From assembly GCA_022813865.1 (NCBI GenBank), contig JALDZX010000014.1:62001-126000 (forward strand): 64,000 nt of DNA, written 5' to 3'. Of the stretch, positions 37,805-48,976 are shown piece after piece. The notes beneath the pieces are model-generated. The model did no database searches, was not told the origin of the DNA, and worked only from the letters and a program-made list of their open reading frames with translations. Origin of the DNA: Xylographa opegraphella (lineage: Eukaryota). Position numbers and translations under genes: made by a program. Each line of letters opens with the position of its first letter. Within the stretch, counting starts at the first letter, position 1.

Positions 37805-40056
37805 GACGAGCAGAGAAAGTACGGAACAGCACCAAAAGTACAGGCGAGCAAGTTCGGAGACTTCATGGTGGTTGAAAGCCAAAGCACTTCATATCTGTGA
37901 AATCCCTGGTCTCGAGCAACATGGATTGAATCCTTTGGAGCACGAACAAGAACGCCTTAATCACAGAACGCGGGACAGAGCAGCGAGGAGGGCAAGGAAT
38001 GACCGAGGGTCGGGTATTTTTCTGATTCGCGCGCTTCTCGGATGTCAGCTTTGCTGCCCCTGGCTAAAGACATGCCGCAGGACTGGCAGCGGGCCCCGGT
38101 ACCGAGAGCCTGGCAAAAGAAATCCATCGGGAATATAGACACGCAATGGTGTGGTATGGAAATGCTGTCGCTCAAACACAGCGCCCACGGCCCACGAAGC
38201 AAGGCGCTCGGCCGGTGATCTGACCGCAATCACAACAGAATTTAGCAAACAGAGTTGTTGATCTTTTGGTGGCATACTCCGTAGGACGCCACCGTGTGAT
38301 AGCACGGGTTGGCGACATAGTGTTAGTCAAATCGAGTTCAGAAGCACACGAGTAGCATTGCAGGTCCGAAGGACGACATACACGACGCTACCGCACGCAC
38401 CTCTCGGTGCAATTGCAATCACTCTGGAGACTCGGTGAACCTTGGTGCAAGCATGCAATTTCTCTTGGTGGCACTGGCCAGCCAATGACGAGATGGATCC
38501 ATCAGCACCACAAGCAGCTAGCGGGCGATCGAGATCCAGGGTGAGGGCTCAGAGATGTAAGGTATAGGGTATGTACTGTGTACACCGCACGAACCGTACG
38601 GTAAGGTAAGGTACCTACTAGGTAGCTTGTGAGCGCATGTCGGGATATCCGTGCGTGCACGTGGCAGCAGTAGCGGCAACCTGTAAAATCGCTGTAATAT
38701 CGCGCGTAAGCCAGATACAGCTAGTGGACTCATGTAATGTCTTGTCCTAATCGGGGTCAGCTCCGACACTAGCGAGAGCGGCCTTTGCTTTACCCCGTAC
38801 AAGATCTGAAAACCCTTACAAGTTCGATGCAATATGATGCGAGAGCTCTGCCTACTTGGTAGCTGAGGCTTCCTTACGACGCGGTCTAATCAGATCCTGT
38901 CGTGCGCGCTTCGTACATCTGCCAACGTGAACTACCTCAAGCTTACAGAGCACGAGTGCCGCCCCTGCGTACGTAGCACAAACTCATGGCTCTTACATGC
39001 TTGCTAAAGGTCGCCACGGCACGATCAATGCAGCGTGGTTGGCCCGACCCCCGGAAAGATCTTTCAGATGCATGCAGCAGAATCCTTGGGATTCATGAAC
39101 TTCGCTCCAAATTTCCTGTTTCTCCTTGACCTGCTTTCAGCGCTGTTAAAGTCACTGTCTCTCTCCAGCTTGGTTTTCACGGTCATGGCTTTTCTTATTT
39201 GAAAGTGCCGTCGTGGTTCTCGTGGCTTTTCTTTCATCCTTGCAGGATCGATAGCCGCGTAGCCACCGAATACTGTGCGTCGAACATGCAATACAGCATA
39301 ATCGCGCCAGCCGTCGGCCGCCGTCAACGTGGCACAGTAAATCCCGGAACATGGGCCAGGCTGATGTAACGATCCGATCGGATTTGAACAAGACTCGCCG
39401 AGATTTTGGAACAGAGGATGAGTCTGCAAGATGGATTTAGCATCACAAATCAAGTACGGTGGCTGGTACACCCACAACAGAAGTTTCGGAAAATTAACCC
39501 GCAGCCACGCGGATTCGCTAATACATGGACATGCCATTTTCGACTCTGGGTCTTCGAGTCTTCATCGCTTGTTCAGATGTCTTTGTCCAAGAGCTGTCAT
39601 GTTCTCGAAATCATTGATGTATGTCTGTGTCATTGTCACCAGGACAGCACTGTGTCAGGATGACTGTAATCCCCACGCAGGCCGAAGACAAAACCGTGAC
39701 AACAGGCCCCATCTCGTCAAAGACATTGTCTTCTCTCGACAATCCCACCGGACAACCGGACAAAGACATCCACACACAATCCGCTTGTCCGAAGAACACA
39801 TTGTCATTCCTCCTCTGTCTCCGCCAGCACCGAGTACAAATTCCACCACCCCATCATCATCTCCTCTCCCTCTTTCCTCGCGCTCCTTCGACCTCTCCAG
39901 CCCTGACCCAAAACGTAAGCCTCTAACCAACAGCTCCAAACCCACTCACCCACCCACCGTCCAGCCGGCCTACAGCCATCTGTGACCCCTCCGCCATCGT
40001 CCCGCACCTGCTCGCCTCACCGACCTCGCCTGCCCGTATTCTCACAAGCCGCGACC

Positions 40057-40263
40057 ATGTGTGAACAGTGGGACTACCCCTACCAATGCGGCCACAGCGC
40101 CGGCCGCGCCGTGCTCATCAAGTGCGAAGCTCAAAAGAACGCGGAGCGTACTAACTCCGGCGTGACATGCCGCATATACCAGTACACCGCCAGCAAGAAC
40201 TATGACTGCCCTCTGTGTGTGGCTGCGAAGCAGCCACAGCAACAAAACGGTAGGAGCCGCTGA
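40057..40263 (+). CDS. 68-aa Cys-rich microprotein A (MC-x8-CGH...CxxC)
   Basis: MCEQWDYPYQCGHSAG...KC...TC...DCPLC; start context ACCATG; C/T-rich leader and G/T-rich trailer. Confidence 0.65.
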   Translation: MCEQWDYPYQCGHSAGRAVLIKCEAQKNAERTNSGVTCRIYQYTASKNYDCPLCVAAKQPQQQNGRSR

Positions 40264-41003
40264 TATGTTCCGCAGGGGATCGGGGCCGATCTGGCCCGTA
40301 GTTTTCGGAGAAGCGAGTGGAACTCGAGGGCTTAGTTGGCTTTAGATAAGGGTTCGCTCGGTAGCTGCGCGACCATTCGTTTCAGCGTGCTTGCGTGCTT
40401 GCGGGTTTCTCTTTTGATTTTGGGGGTTAGGAGGAGGGGATGGGGATGGTAGTGATTGTAGATAGGAATGTAATTGGTTTCCACTTGTATACGATTTGAA
40501 CCGTAGGGGGTGACGTGAAATGATGATTATAAAAAAAGGAGAGTAAGCTGATCAACAGTTCATAGGAGTGGTATTCAGTCTTCTGCAATTTATTTTTTTA
40601 TTCGTATAGCGATCGACGTGCCTATTTGTGGTGTACAGTCGCTCGAGCTAAGCTCCTGAAATCGTCCTTTTCTACCAAAATTTTTCTACCAAAATCCAAC
40701 CCTTTTCTTTCCCAGGCGCCACAACGGATATGGATATCTTTCCCGCACGTTCACAATAATCCGACGTCAGAAGATCAACGAGATAACACATCACGTATCA
40801 CGAACGACCCGACACCTTCTCAAAAGGCCAATCGAGCAACCGTAAAACAATCATCCCAAATTACATAAAAACTCCATTCCTAACCTTCACCATCACCGAC
40901 TTTGCCAAATAACCCGGAGACTATAATCCCACTACGACCGAGATTGGAACAGGCCACTATTCCCCCCCTTACCGCCCACCATCGCTGGATTATTCCTGGC
41001 AAG

Positions 41004-41204
41004 TCAATTCTTCTTCTTCGTGAACCACCCTTTCACAGTCATTGACCACCCTTTGAGTTGGCAGCTGATACACGGCCCGCTCAGGGCTTCGGTGATGGTG
41101 GGCCGAGGGTCCGAACATACCCTCTTGATGAGGTAGGTGTTGCACTCCTCGCGGACCACGTAGTCGTCGCCACACTCGTAGCGGTAGCGGCGGACGGTGC
41201 ACAT
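41004..41204 (-). CDS. 66-aa Cys-rich microprotein B (MC-x8-CG...CxxC)
   Basis: MCTVRRYRYECGDD...EC...VC...PCISC; start context AGCATG; long C/A-rich leader. Confidence 0.65.
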   Translation of the reverse strand: MCTVRRYRYECGDDYVVREECNTYLIKRVCSDPRPTITEALSGPCISCQLKGWSMTVKGWFTKKKN

Positions 41205-41694
41205 GCTGGTGAGGAGCAAGACGAGGTTGAGGGGAGGGGGAGTGGGGTGGGTGGAAGATTCGGCTGGTGGCAGTTGGTGGTGCTGCGTCTGTAGTGGTTC
41301 TGTGTGATGGTTTTTGGAGAGTGTGTTGAGTGAGATGATGGATGCTGTTCAGGTGCTGGGTGAGAATGTTGGTCAGGTCCGGCTGACGAGAGATGGCTTT
41401 TGTAGGAAGTAGAAGTGGAGGGCAGATGATGGGGGAGAGATAGAGAGAGCAGAGTGGGATTGTTGCCTTTTGAAAGAACTTTGTTGAGTTGTTGTAGGAG
41501 AGCGGACGGAGTCGTAGACAAAAAAGCCATTGTGAATGTGGCAAAGGCTGATTCAATCTATCGTTAATGCTCCCTTTGTGACACACTTTTGAAAACGTCA
41601 AACAAAGACGGAGAACCGAGAAGCGTCCGCTCCGTCGGAGGACTCCAGCGTCAGTGATTGCAATGATCTGTCATATGGTACAGCTTGCGGCCGT

Positions 41695-42267
41695 TCAGTG
41701 CCTGGCATGCAGGACACTGATATCTTCGATACTACCATCACCTGCCGCAGTCCGACCGCCATCTTGCGTTAAGCCAGCGCTGAATTCGAAGTCCTCCCCA
41801 ATCAACTTCTCAATAATCTTCGCCTTACCCATAGCTCTCTTCAGCCGATCGTCGAATTCGGAGACATCGTCCTCCTTGTTCTGCGTCGACAGACTCTCCA
41901 ACTCCACCAGGGCATGGAAAGTCTGAACATGCTTTGCCAAGCGGACGTTGGCAGCTAACGGCGGCAATGACTTTGATATCGATGCCGTAGATGTCGATTC
42001 ACGCTGTGACTGCAGGTTCTTTGGGTCTTCCCGTACGTCTACCGGTAAATGTGTCTTGGCTGTATCACTAGACAGGCGACTGGCCCAGACTGTGGACCGC
42101 CCGTGCAATTTGCCCATCTCCATGAACTTCTCGAAGCCCTTCTCCAGGCCGAAGACGCGCCCTTCGATATGCCCGGCTCGAGTGCCATCAGCAACACCGA
42201 GAGCGTAGCCTTCGTCGTAGAATTGCGTTTCGAGGTTCAGGACACTATCAAAGGGGTCCTCCTCCAT
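41695..42267 (-). CDS. LTO1: Lto1/ORAOV1-family (Yae1_N, deca-GX3) adaptor for Rli1 Fe-S maturation
   Basis: DPFDSVLNLETQFYDEGYALGVADGTRAGHIEGRVFGLEKGFEKF contains the GX3 repeat characteristic of the Yae1/Lto1 family. Confidence 0.8.
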   Translation of the reverse strand: MEEDPFDSVLNLETQFYDEGYALGVADGTRAGHIEGRVFGLEKGFEKFMEMGKLHGRSTVWASRLSSDTAKTHLPVDVREDPKNLQSQRESTSTASISKSLPPLAANVRLAKHVQTFHALVELESLSTQNKEDDVSEFDDRLKRAMGKAKIIEKLIGEDFEFSAGLTQDGGRTAAGDGSIEDISVLHARH

Positions 42268-42556
42268 CCTCACAGGTTGATGGAATGCTCAGACAATTTA
42301 AGCTCGATCATTTATAACTCCAGTTGCAACGGCTATCCAGGAACTCGGGTCATGAACCTTAAAATTTGCAGATCCCGGTCATTTGTGCCCACACTCAAAA
42401 GTGACGTCAATTCTACAATTCTCGGATGTTCTGTTGACAGCTGTGCAAGAGATGCGGTCGCAGAATTACACGCGATTCCACTCCTACCCTCCGTAACGGG
42501 CTCAGAGTAAACGGACAACCACATTTTTGATACGCACACTACTCGTACCAACTACA

Positions 42557-43602
42557 ATGCCGGCCACTATGGCTGCAACACATCAGCTCAAGGCGGAGCA
42601 CCTATTCTCCGTCAAGGACTACGTTTGTGTAGTCACAGGAGGCGGAACTGGTATTGGTCTTATGTGTACTCAAGCGCTTGCTGCCAATGGTATGCGACGG
42701 CCTCATCTACCTTTGCCTAACCAAAGCTGATAGTGATGCACGTGCAGGTGCCAAGGTCTATATCACCGGTCGTAGAATGGAAGCTCTAGAGAAAGCTGCC
42801 AAGGCACACAGTCCTTCAGAAGGCGGGCAAATTATACCGTACGAACGTCCGAGTTGGCTGCTGAAGCGGTTGGCTGAAGCTCATTAGCATTGGACCTTGT
42901 GATGTCACCTCCAAGGATGATCTCGAAAAACTTGTCAAAGAGATTGGAGCAAAGGAGAAGCATGTCAACGTGCTGAGTAAGAGTCGGGTGCACGAAATTG
43001 CAATATTCGACTGACGTTCTCCAGTCACCAATGCTGGCATCTCGGGTCCGAAAGCCGAACCAGATTCCGAAGACGCATCTGAGCTCAAGGACAAACTGTG
43101 GAATTTGGAGGATTTCTCTCAATGGTCGGACACCTTCACGACAAATGTTTCAGCAGTCTACTTTACCACCGTGGCCTTTCTGCCTCTGCTACAAGCAGCG
43201 ACGAAGGAGTACGGTCATCGCCAGCCCTCGGTCATTGTTATCTCTTCCATGAGTGGCATCATGCGCGAATCTCAAGGTCATTTCTCTTACAATGCTGCCA
43301 AAGGTGCCACAGTCCACCTTGCCAAATTGATGTCAGCCGAGTTTGAAAAGGCCAAAATTCGCGTGAACAGCATAGCTCCTGGTTACTTCCCGAGCGAGAT
43401 GACAATGAAGGAGAGTAACGAGGATCAGAAGACGCATATGCCAGATGAGAAAGTGCAGGAAAAAGGACACGTGCCGGCAGACCGACCAGGTAGCGACGAG
43501 GAGATGGCACAGGCAGTCTTGTTCTTGACCAAAAATATGTATGTGAATGGAGAGATCATCGCCGTCGACGGAGGCGTGCTCAATATGGTAGCGGGACGAT
43601 AA
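42557..43602 (+). CDS. Short-chain dehydrogenase/reductase, 4 exons
   Basis: VVTGGGTGIG, NAG, catalytic S..YNAAK, RVNSIAPG and YVNGEIIAVDGG. Confidence 0.93.
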
Positions 43603-44543
43603 GCTGCCTAATCTGTGGCGACTTGAGCGATAAAGTCCTCGGAGTCGGACGTATCTTCTATTTCTCAAGATAGAGTTCAACTGGACAATGGTTTATTGCA
43701 TCAACTTGGGAATGACATGTTGAACCACAATCAGCATACACTCACGTAAAGACTGCTGGGAGATTTGACCGACTCGCTGATTGAGCCAAAAATACGAGTC
43801 CTATTCCACTTTGGTTAGTCTTAGGGCCCGTGCACAACACCTTTCCTGTATCCACGTCCTTCGAGCCTGTAATAACTCAGCATGACTCCGAGGATCTCTT
43901 ATATAGGCGCATATTGCGTTTATCGTCCATTCTATATGCTTGATGGTCAATCGCATCTGTACCAATATCTTTTGCGTCTAGCAATCTGGGCCATGATGAC
44001 TAGACCCGAAGGCAAGGAGACAGAACGTTCACTCTGCGACCGACCATAAGGAGTGGTCAGTGGGGAGTGTTTGGTGTAACGAGGTTTTTCCCTGTTTCCT
44101 ATGCGTGCACGCATTAATCGGGTAATCTGGGAACCAGTACCTGGGTTGGATGGAGTCCTACTGCATTTGGTAGGTGTCAGGGGAGAGAAGGGATTCGACT
44201 CGAGTTTTAGGTAAATGGGACAAGAGGCTGAACGGTGGCCTGTTCGATTTTATAGACACTCCCCCCACAGCTCCGAAATACGATTATGAGACCCTCTGGG
44301 AACTCACCTTGCTGCTTGAGGTAGCAGCATCGGCATCCACAGCGCGCTCGACAATCAAGAGTACTCGATTCCATTTCGAAAGCGGTCCATTTCTAACATT
44401 TCATAGTCCACTATCAAAAGCACCAGCTCAGTTCAAATAGATTTCTTCAAATGTTCCAATGCAGCTCACGCTAATTGATTAAGAAAGCTATGTATATTAA
44501 GTATATGTATCTTCCCCCCCTCTCATTGAAAAATCCGAGATAT

Positions 44544-44717
44544 TCATCTCGGGAAACATACCTCCTCAGGTTTCTTTCCGCATAGCATGTCGCATGACGG
44601 GCATCTTACTGGCGGGCCATGGGGCAGCTCGCCTCTACACTGCCAACATAGATAGCCTGGCAGCTCCTGTCGGCTTAAAACGGGACCTTGCTCTGTTTGA
44701 ACATTGCATGGCGGCAT
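44544..44717 (-). CDS. ~57-aa Zn-ribbon-like microprotein E
   Basis: MPPCNVQ...YLCWQCRGELPHGPPVRCPSCDMLC has two CxxC pairs; start context CAAAATG. A GTATGT near the end may be an intron donor. Confidence 0.45.
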   Translation of the reverse strand: MPPCNVQTEQGPVLSRQELPGYLCWQCRGELPHGPPVRCPSCDMLCGKKPEEVCFPR

Positions 44718-45797
44718 TTTGATTGTTAAATCGAATGATACGTTAGTGTAGAGGTGCGTATGAGCGTCCGTGGGCTGGGCAGCCTTCTGTGTAGGCAATG
44801 GACTACTTTCTTCCCCACCCTCGGAAAGACAGCGCGGCTGTTCCTGCAAGGTGTTGAGTACAAGAAGCAGGGCGGTGCCTTTGTCGATAGACAATGGTTT
44901 TGTGGCACGGTAGTTATGACAGTTGTTAGATTGTGAAAGCGCCTTTTTCTCTATACCAACTTGGGAACAACAAAGCTTTCTCATTAAAGGCCACATCGAG
45001 AGTCGTTCCGAGTGGGAATGGTGGCCATTGTTCGTATCAAGCTCGCTGTCCTGGCAGTTCTATTTCGTCGTGCGAGGTGTACATGCTAGCGATGTATACA
45101 CGCTGGCCGTAGAACAGGACATCAGGAGTGATATCCACATGCTCATGCCTCGCTGTCTTTATGCCCTCACAACGGTTCGGCTGGGAAGTGGAAGGGTAAG
45201 AAGTGGCAACAAGAGCGGGGTAGGAAAGAGCGAGTGAGATAAGCGGGAGGTAGAATGAAGAACGATTTGGGAAGGGGAATTTGCGATTGATCAAGATGTG
45301 CACGTGCCAAAGGTGATAAGCTGACTCGGGAGAAATGAAATCTTTGAGCTATATCGTGCGGGATTGAGGAGCCGTGGTGGCGAATCCAGTTGCAGTTGTA
45401 GCGAGTTCATGCTTCTGCATGACCACCGTAATATGCCCAATTCTGGCCTAGATATCGTCACAGAACGCGATGCATTGAGAATTGAACAATGTAGAGGCCG
45501 ACCAATCATTCATGGTCTGCTACCATTGTTAAACAGAAACAATCGTGCAGAGCGCTTCGTCGTCCCTGGGCTCCCGCTTGTAATTTTAGCAGACATGTAT
45601 GGAAGATAATATCATGGTCGAAACACTGAGGTCTGGTTTAGTTCATAGAGCCGCCGAATCTGCTGTCAAGGTACCAACAACACAGAATTGAAGGATCCAA
45701 AAGATAGAATTACTCAAAGCCAGCGCGATTTCTCATGCGTACAATCGTAATAACTGGTCTCGATGAGGGGTGAAGAATTTAAGTACAAGGGTATCAT

Positions 45798-47001
45798 TCA
45801 GGCATTCTTGTTGACAAGGACCTGCTTCGCCTTTGAACCCGCTTTCACCTTCTCGTAGCGGCGATCACAGCCCTCTCGTCCTGCAGCTCGACCTCGTCAA
45901 TGGAGGCGGGTGGTGCTAGTACACCGTCTTCGAATCCCTTCTTCAGCTTCGCAAGCTCTTGTACGGCTTGCAAGAAAGACACAGGGAGGGTGTTGATGCC
46001 ATGCATCGAAAGATTGTTGCGGTAGAAAGCTAGGGCATTAAACGTGAATAGAAACCCAGGGCTCTTGCTCGCGATAATGATAACACTAAAAGCCATCAGT
46101 AACGGGTATACACGCAGAGTTCAGCGAGGCCATATCGTACTATCGCCCCTCAGGGGAGAGTGCCTCGAGGGACTTCTTGAATAGCGTAGTGTCACCTACT
46201 GTGTCAAGGACGGCGATAATTCCTTTGCCTGCGGTTGCTGATTTGATTTGTGATGGTAGATCTTCCGTAATGTTGATGAAGCCATCACCGCCTTTTCGAG
46301 ATGTCTCGACCGAAACAGCCCCAGCAAGTTTCACTAATTGCTTGCAGGCGGTGCCGACAGCACCAGATGATCCTGATATTATCTCAGCGGCACATTTTAA
46401 AATGGCCAAAGAACCCAAACGAGATGCAGCCTATAGGTACTAGAGAGCCTAAATAGAATACAGCGATGAAGCAAGAAACACCACGAACATCGAGTGTGCA
46501 ACCATCAAGTATGGTGACATACCCAGAATGAGCACATGCTCTCCCTCTTTTGGCGCGGCTTTCCCAACCATCATCGTGGCTGTTAAAAACCCTACACCGC
46601 AGGACGCAGCTTGGAGGAAGCTGAGATTACACGGCATCTCCATCACCGATAGATAGTCCTGGTGGACGGTCACATATTCTGCATGACTCCCGTCTTGCTC
46701 AAACCCGTTTTGGCCGCCCGTGCCCCAGACCGATTTGCCAATGTACTGTTTAGGACCAATGACGACAGTCCCTGCAAAGTCGCGTCCTGGGATGCGTCCA
46801 TGCTTCGAGAAGGTGTGTTTGCGGGAAAGCTCCTTCGACGTTCTTCTGGTCAGAAGGATTGATGGCAGAAGCATGGACACGGATGAGAGCATGGCCGGGA
46901 GCAGGGGTGGGAATAGGCAGCGAGGTCAGGGAGAGGGCGGAAGCGACGGGGCCGGCCTCGGAGAAGCGTAGGACCGTTTGTGTCTTGGCAGCTTCCGTCA
47001 T
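45798..47001 (-). pseudogene. MDR-superfamily (quinone oxidoreductase-like) gene with two apparent frameshifts
   Basis: LIRVHASAINPSD..., RIPGRDFAGTV, DGSHAEYV and ILG/SSGAVG. Frame breaks at ~46815 and ~45858 are not explained by introns. Confidence 0.75.
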
Positions 47002-47756
47002 TGTTCAGCTGAGTTTCGTTTGATGGGTGAGAAATAGGTCGATGTGATATCGATCACAGGTCCTCGCTACACTCTCGCACACGCAATGTCTGAAGAGGTT
47101 GCGGAAAAATCCCTCCTGGCTCGCTATAATCAACGTCGATCTTGCAGGGCTGAGAAGCCGCTAGCGTTGGCTAATCGTTGTGCAATCCGTGTAGTCTACA
47201 TAGTACAGCTTACGGAGTACTTTGTAAATAATGTATGGTATGGTGCACCGTGTCAGGCTACCCTTTTACTGCAGTACTCTAAGGTAATTTGTTTTTCTCT
47301 ATGATATACGTGTAACATCTTAGATAACTGTTGATGTAACGGTGCACATCTTATTTCTTTAGATGCACTTTTAAAATGTATACGAAAGCTACCCGTCGTG
47401 AACAAACAACAGGGAATTCCTCGTGTAATACAAAAGCGAGAGGCCAAGTCCATATCATCCAAACAGTCGCATTTTCAGTCTTTTGTCGTGATACGATGTT
47501 AGCGCCGTCGCGAATCGGACGCTGTCTCGCTTACACACAAGATATCGGCGTTACTCATCACGCTGCAGAATGGATCATCAGCAGCACATTTGGGATCCAG
47601 AACAGAAGTGTGAGCATGGCTAAGCGAGCTCGGTTTCCTCGTAGCAGGTTGAGCCGCTTCAAGGCTTGTGAGAAGCCCTGCACATCATCTATCATTTGTC
47701 ATCTGCACTCTTTCATCCCAACCGCAACTACATAATCATCAATTGTATCTTTAGAG

Positions 47757-48976
47757 ATGAGTCGTTCATCTGGACAAGGGGCACCAAAGATGGCCGAAAG
47801 CACCAGCCTGCCCATACAAGGTGTCCATCCTCCGTTGCAGGCGCCGACCTTTAGACAGCTAGTGCCAAACCCCGCGGCAACTTTCAAGGGCTCGTTCGCC
47901 CCGGGGAATAGACAGGAAGACCGTCTTCTGCCATCCAAAGTAGGAACCGCCGAGCTCATACGGCTTTACTTGACTGAAGGATGGAGGGATTCCTCCATTT
48001 ACAAATCTGGTGTAGGTTGCTTCCTTGTTCGAGTCGTTCGAGGGAAAATTTTATCTAGAGTGGACTGCCGCTCCCTTTGCTGTGTTTCTTTTGACACCCT
48101 CGGGAGCTAATCTGGCTATCAGTTCATTGAGATGTTTGGGGCAATGTCGTTGACCTTCCTTTCAGCCCTCATCGATATCACGATTGGCAATTTTGGCACG
48201 AGTCAGGCCGCCGCTTATGCTGGTGTGACGAATGTCTTCTTACTATCTCTTTTAATATATGCTATTTCTTCGTCATCGGGAGGTCATGTCAATCCGCTCA
48301 TCACATTTACCACTGTCACCACTGGTCTCACTCCTCTCCCTAGAGGGACTATTTACATGATTGCTCAGACGGCTGGTGGTGCGATCGCAGGCGGTTTGAT
48401 CAGAGGTAGCTTTGGATATGAAATGACGCAAAAGTACGGAAACATGATCGGTACCTTTATGGCTCTGCTGACTGTTATCCAGGATCAATGGTGGAGGCTG
48501 TTTCTTAAATACGGATCAGATATCTATCGGACAAGCCTTCATAATCGAAGCAACATCTTGTTTCGTACTTCTGTATGTGGAAAAGCCTCCTAATATTCTC
48601 AATGCTGCTTACGAGTTATCTGCAGTTTCCTTGCCTTTGGAGTTGGTCTTGATCCCCGGCAAGCCGAACTTTATGGTCAGCTAGGACCTTTTTTTGTTGG
48701 CGCTACATTGGGTCTTGTCAGCTTCGCAAGTGCAGGGATTGTACCAGGCTATACTGGGGCCGGTATGAATCCGGCAAGGTGCTTCGGCATGGCTGTGGCA
48801 AGAGGCGAGTTTCGTGGTAAGATCCTTTGGTACTCGTCTTAATAACGGTACCTGAAACGGCTTTCTACTGACAACCACTAGACCAATGGCTGTGGTGGTT
48901 CGGGCCATTGACGGGGAGTTTGGTTCAGACTGCGGTCTACTATGCTGTACCACCATACCATACCCGTGCCAAATAG
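47757..48976 (+). CDS. MIP/aquaporin of the X-intrinsic protein (XIP) type, multi-exon
   Basis: First box SGGHVNPL, loop-C INGGGCF, second box GAGMNPARCFG. The last exon reads DQWLWWFGP...PPYHTRAK*. Confidence 0.85.

Noticed and set aside
44038..44070. CGACCATAAGGAGTGG resembling the start of a fungal 5S rRNA
   Set aside because: Similarity stops after ~15 nt; no internal control boxes or closing stem follow.
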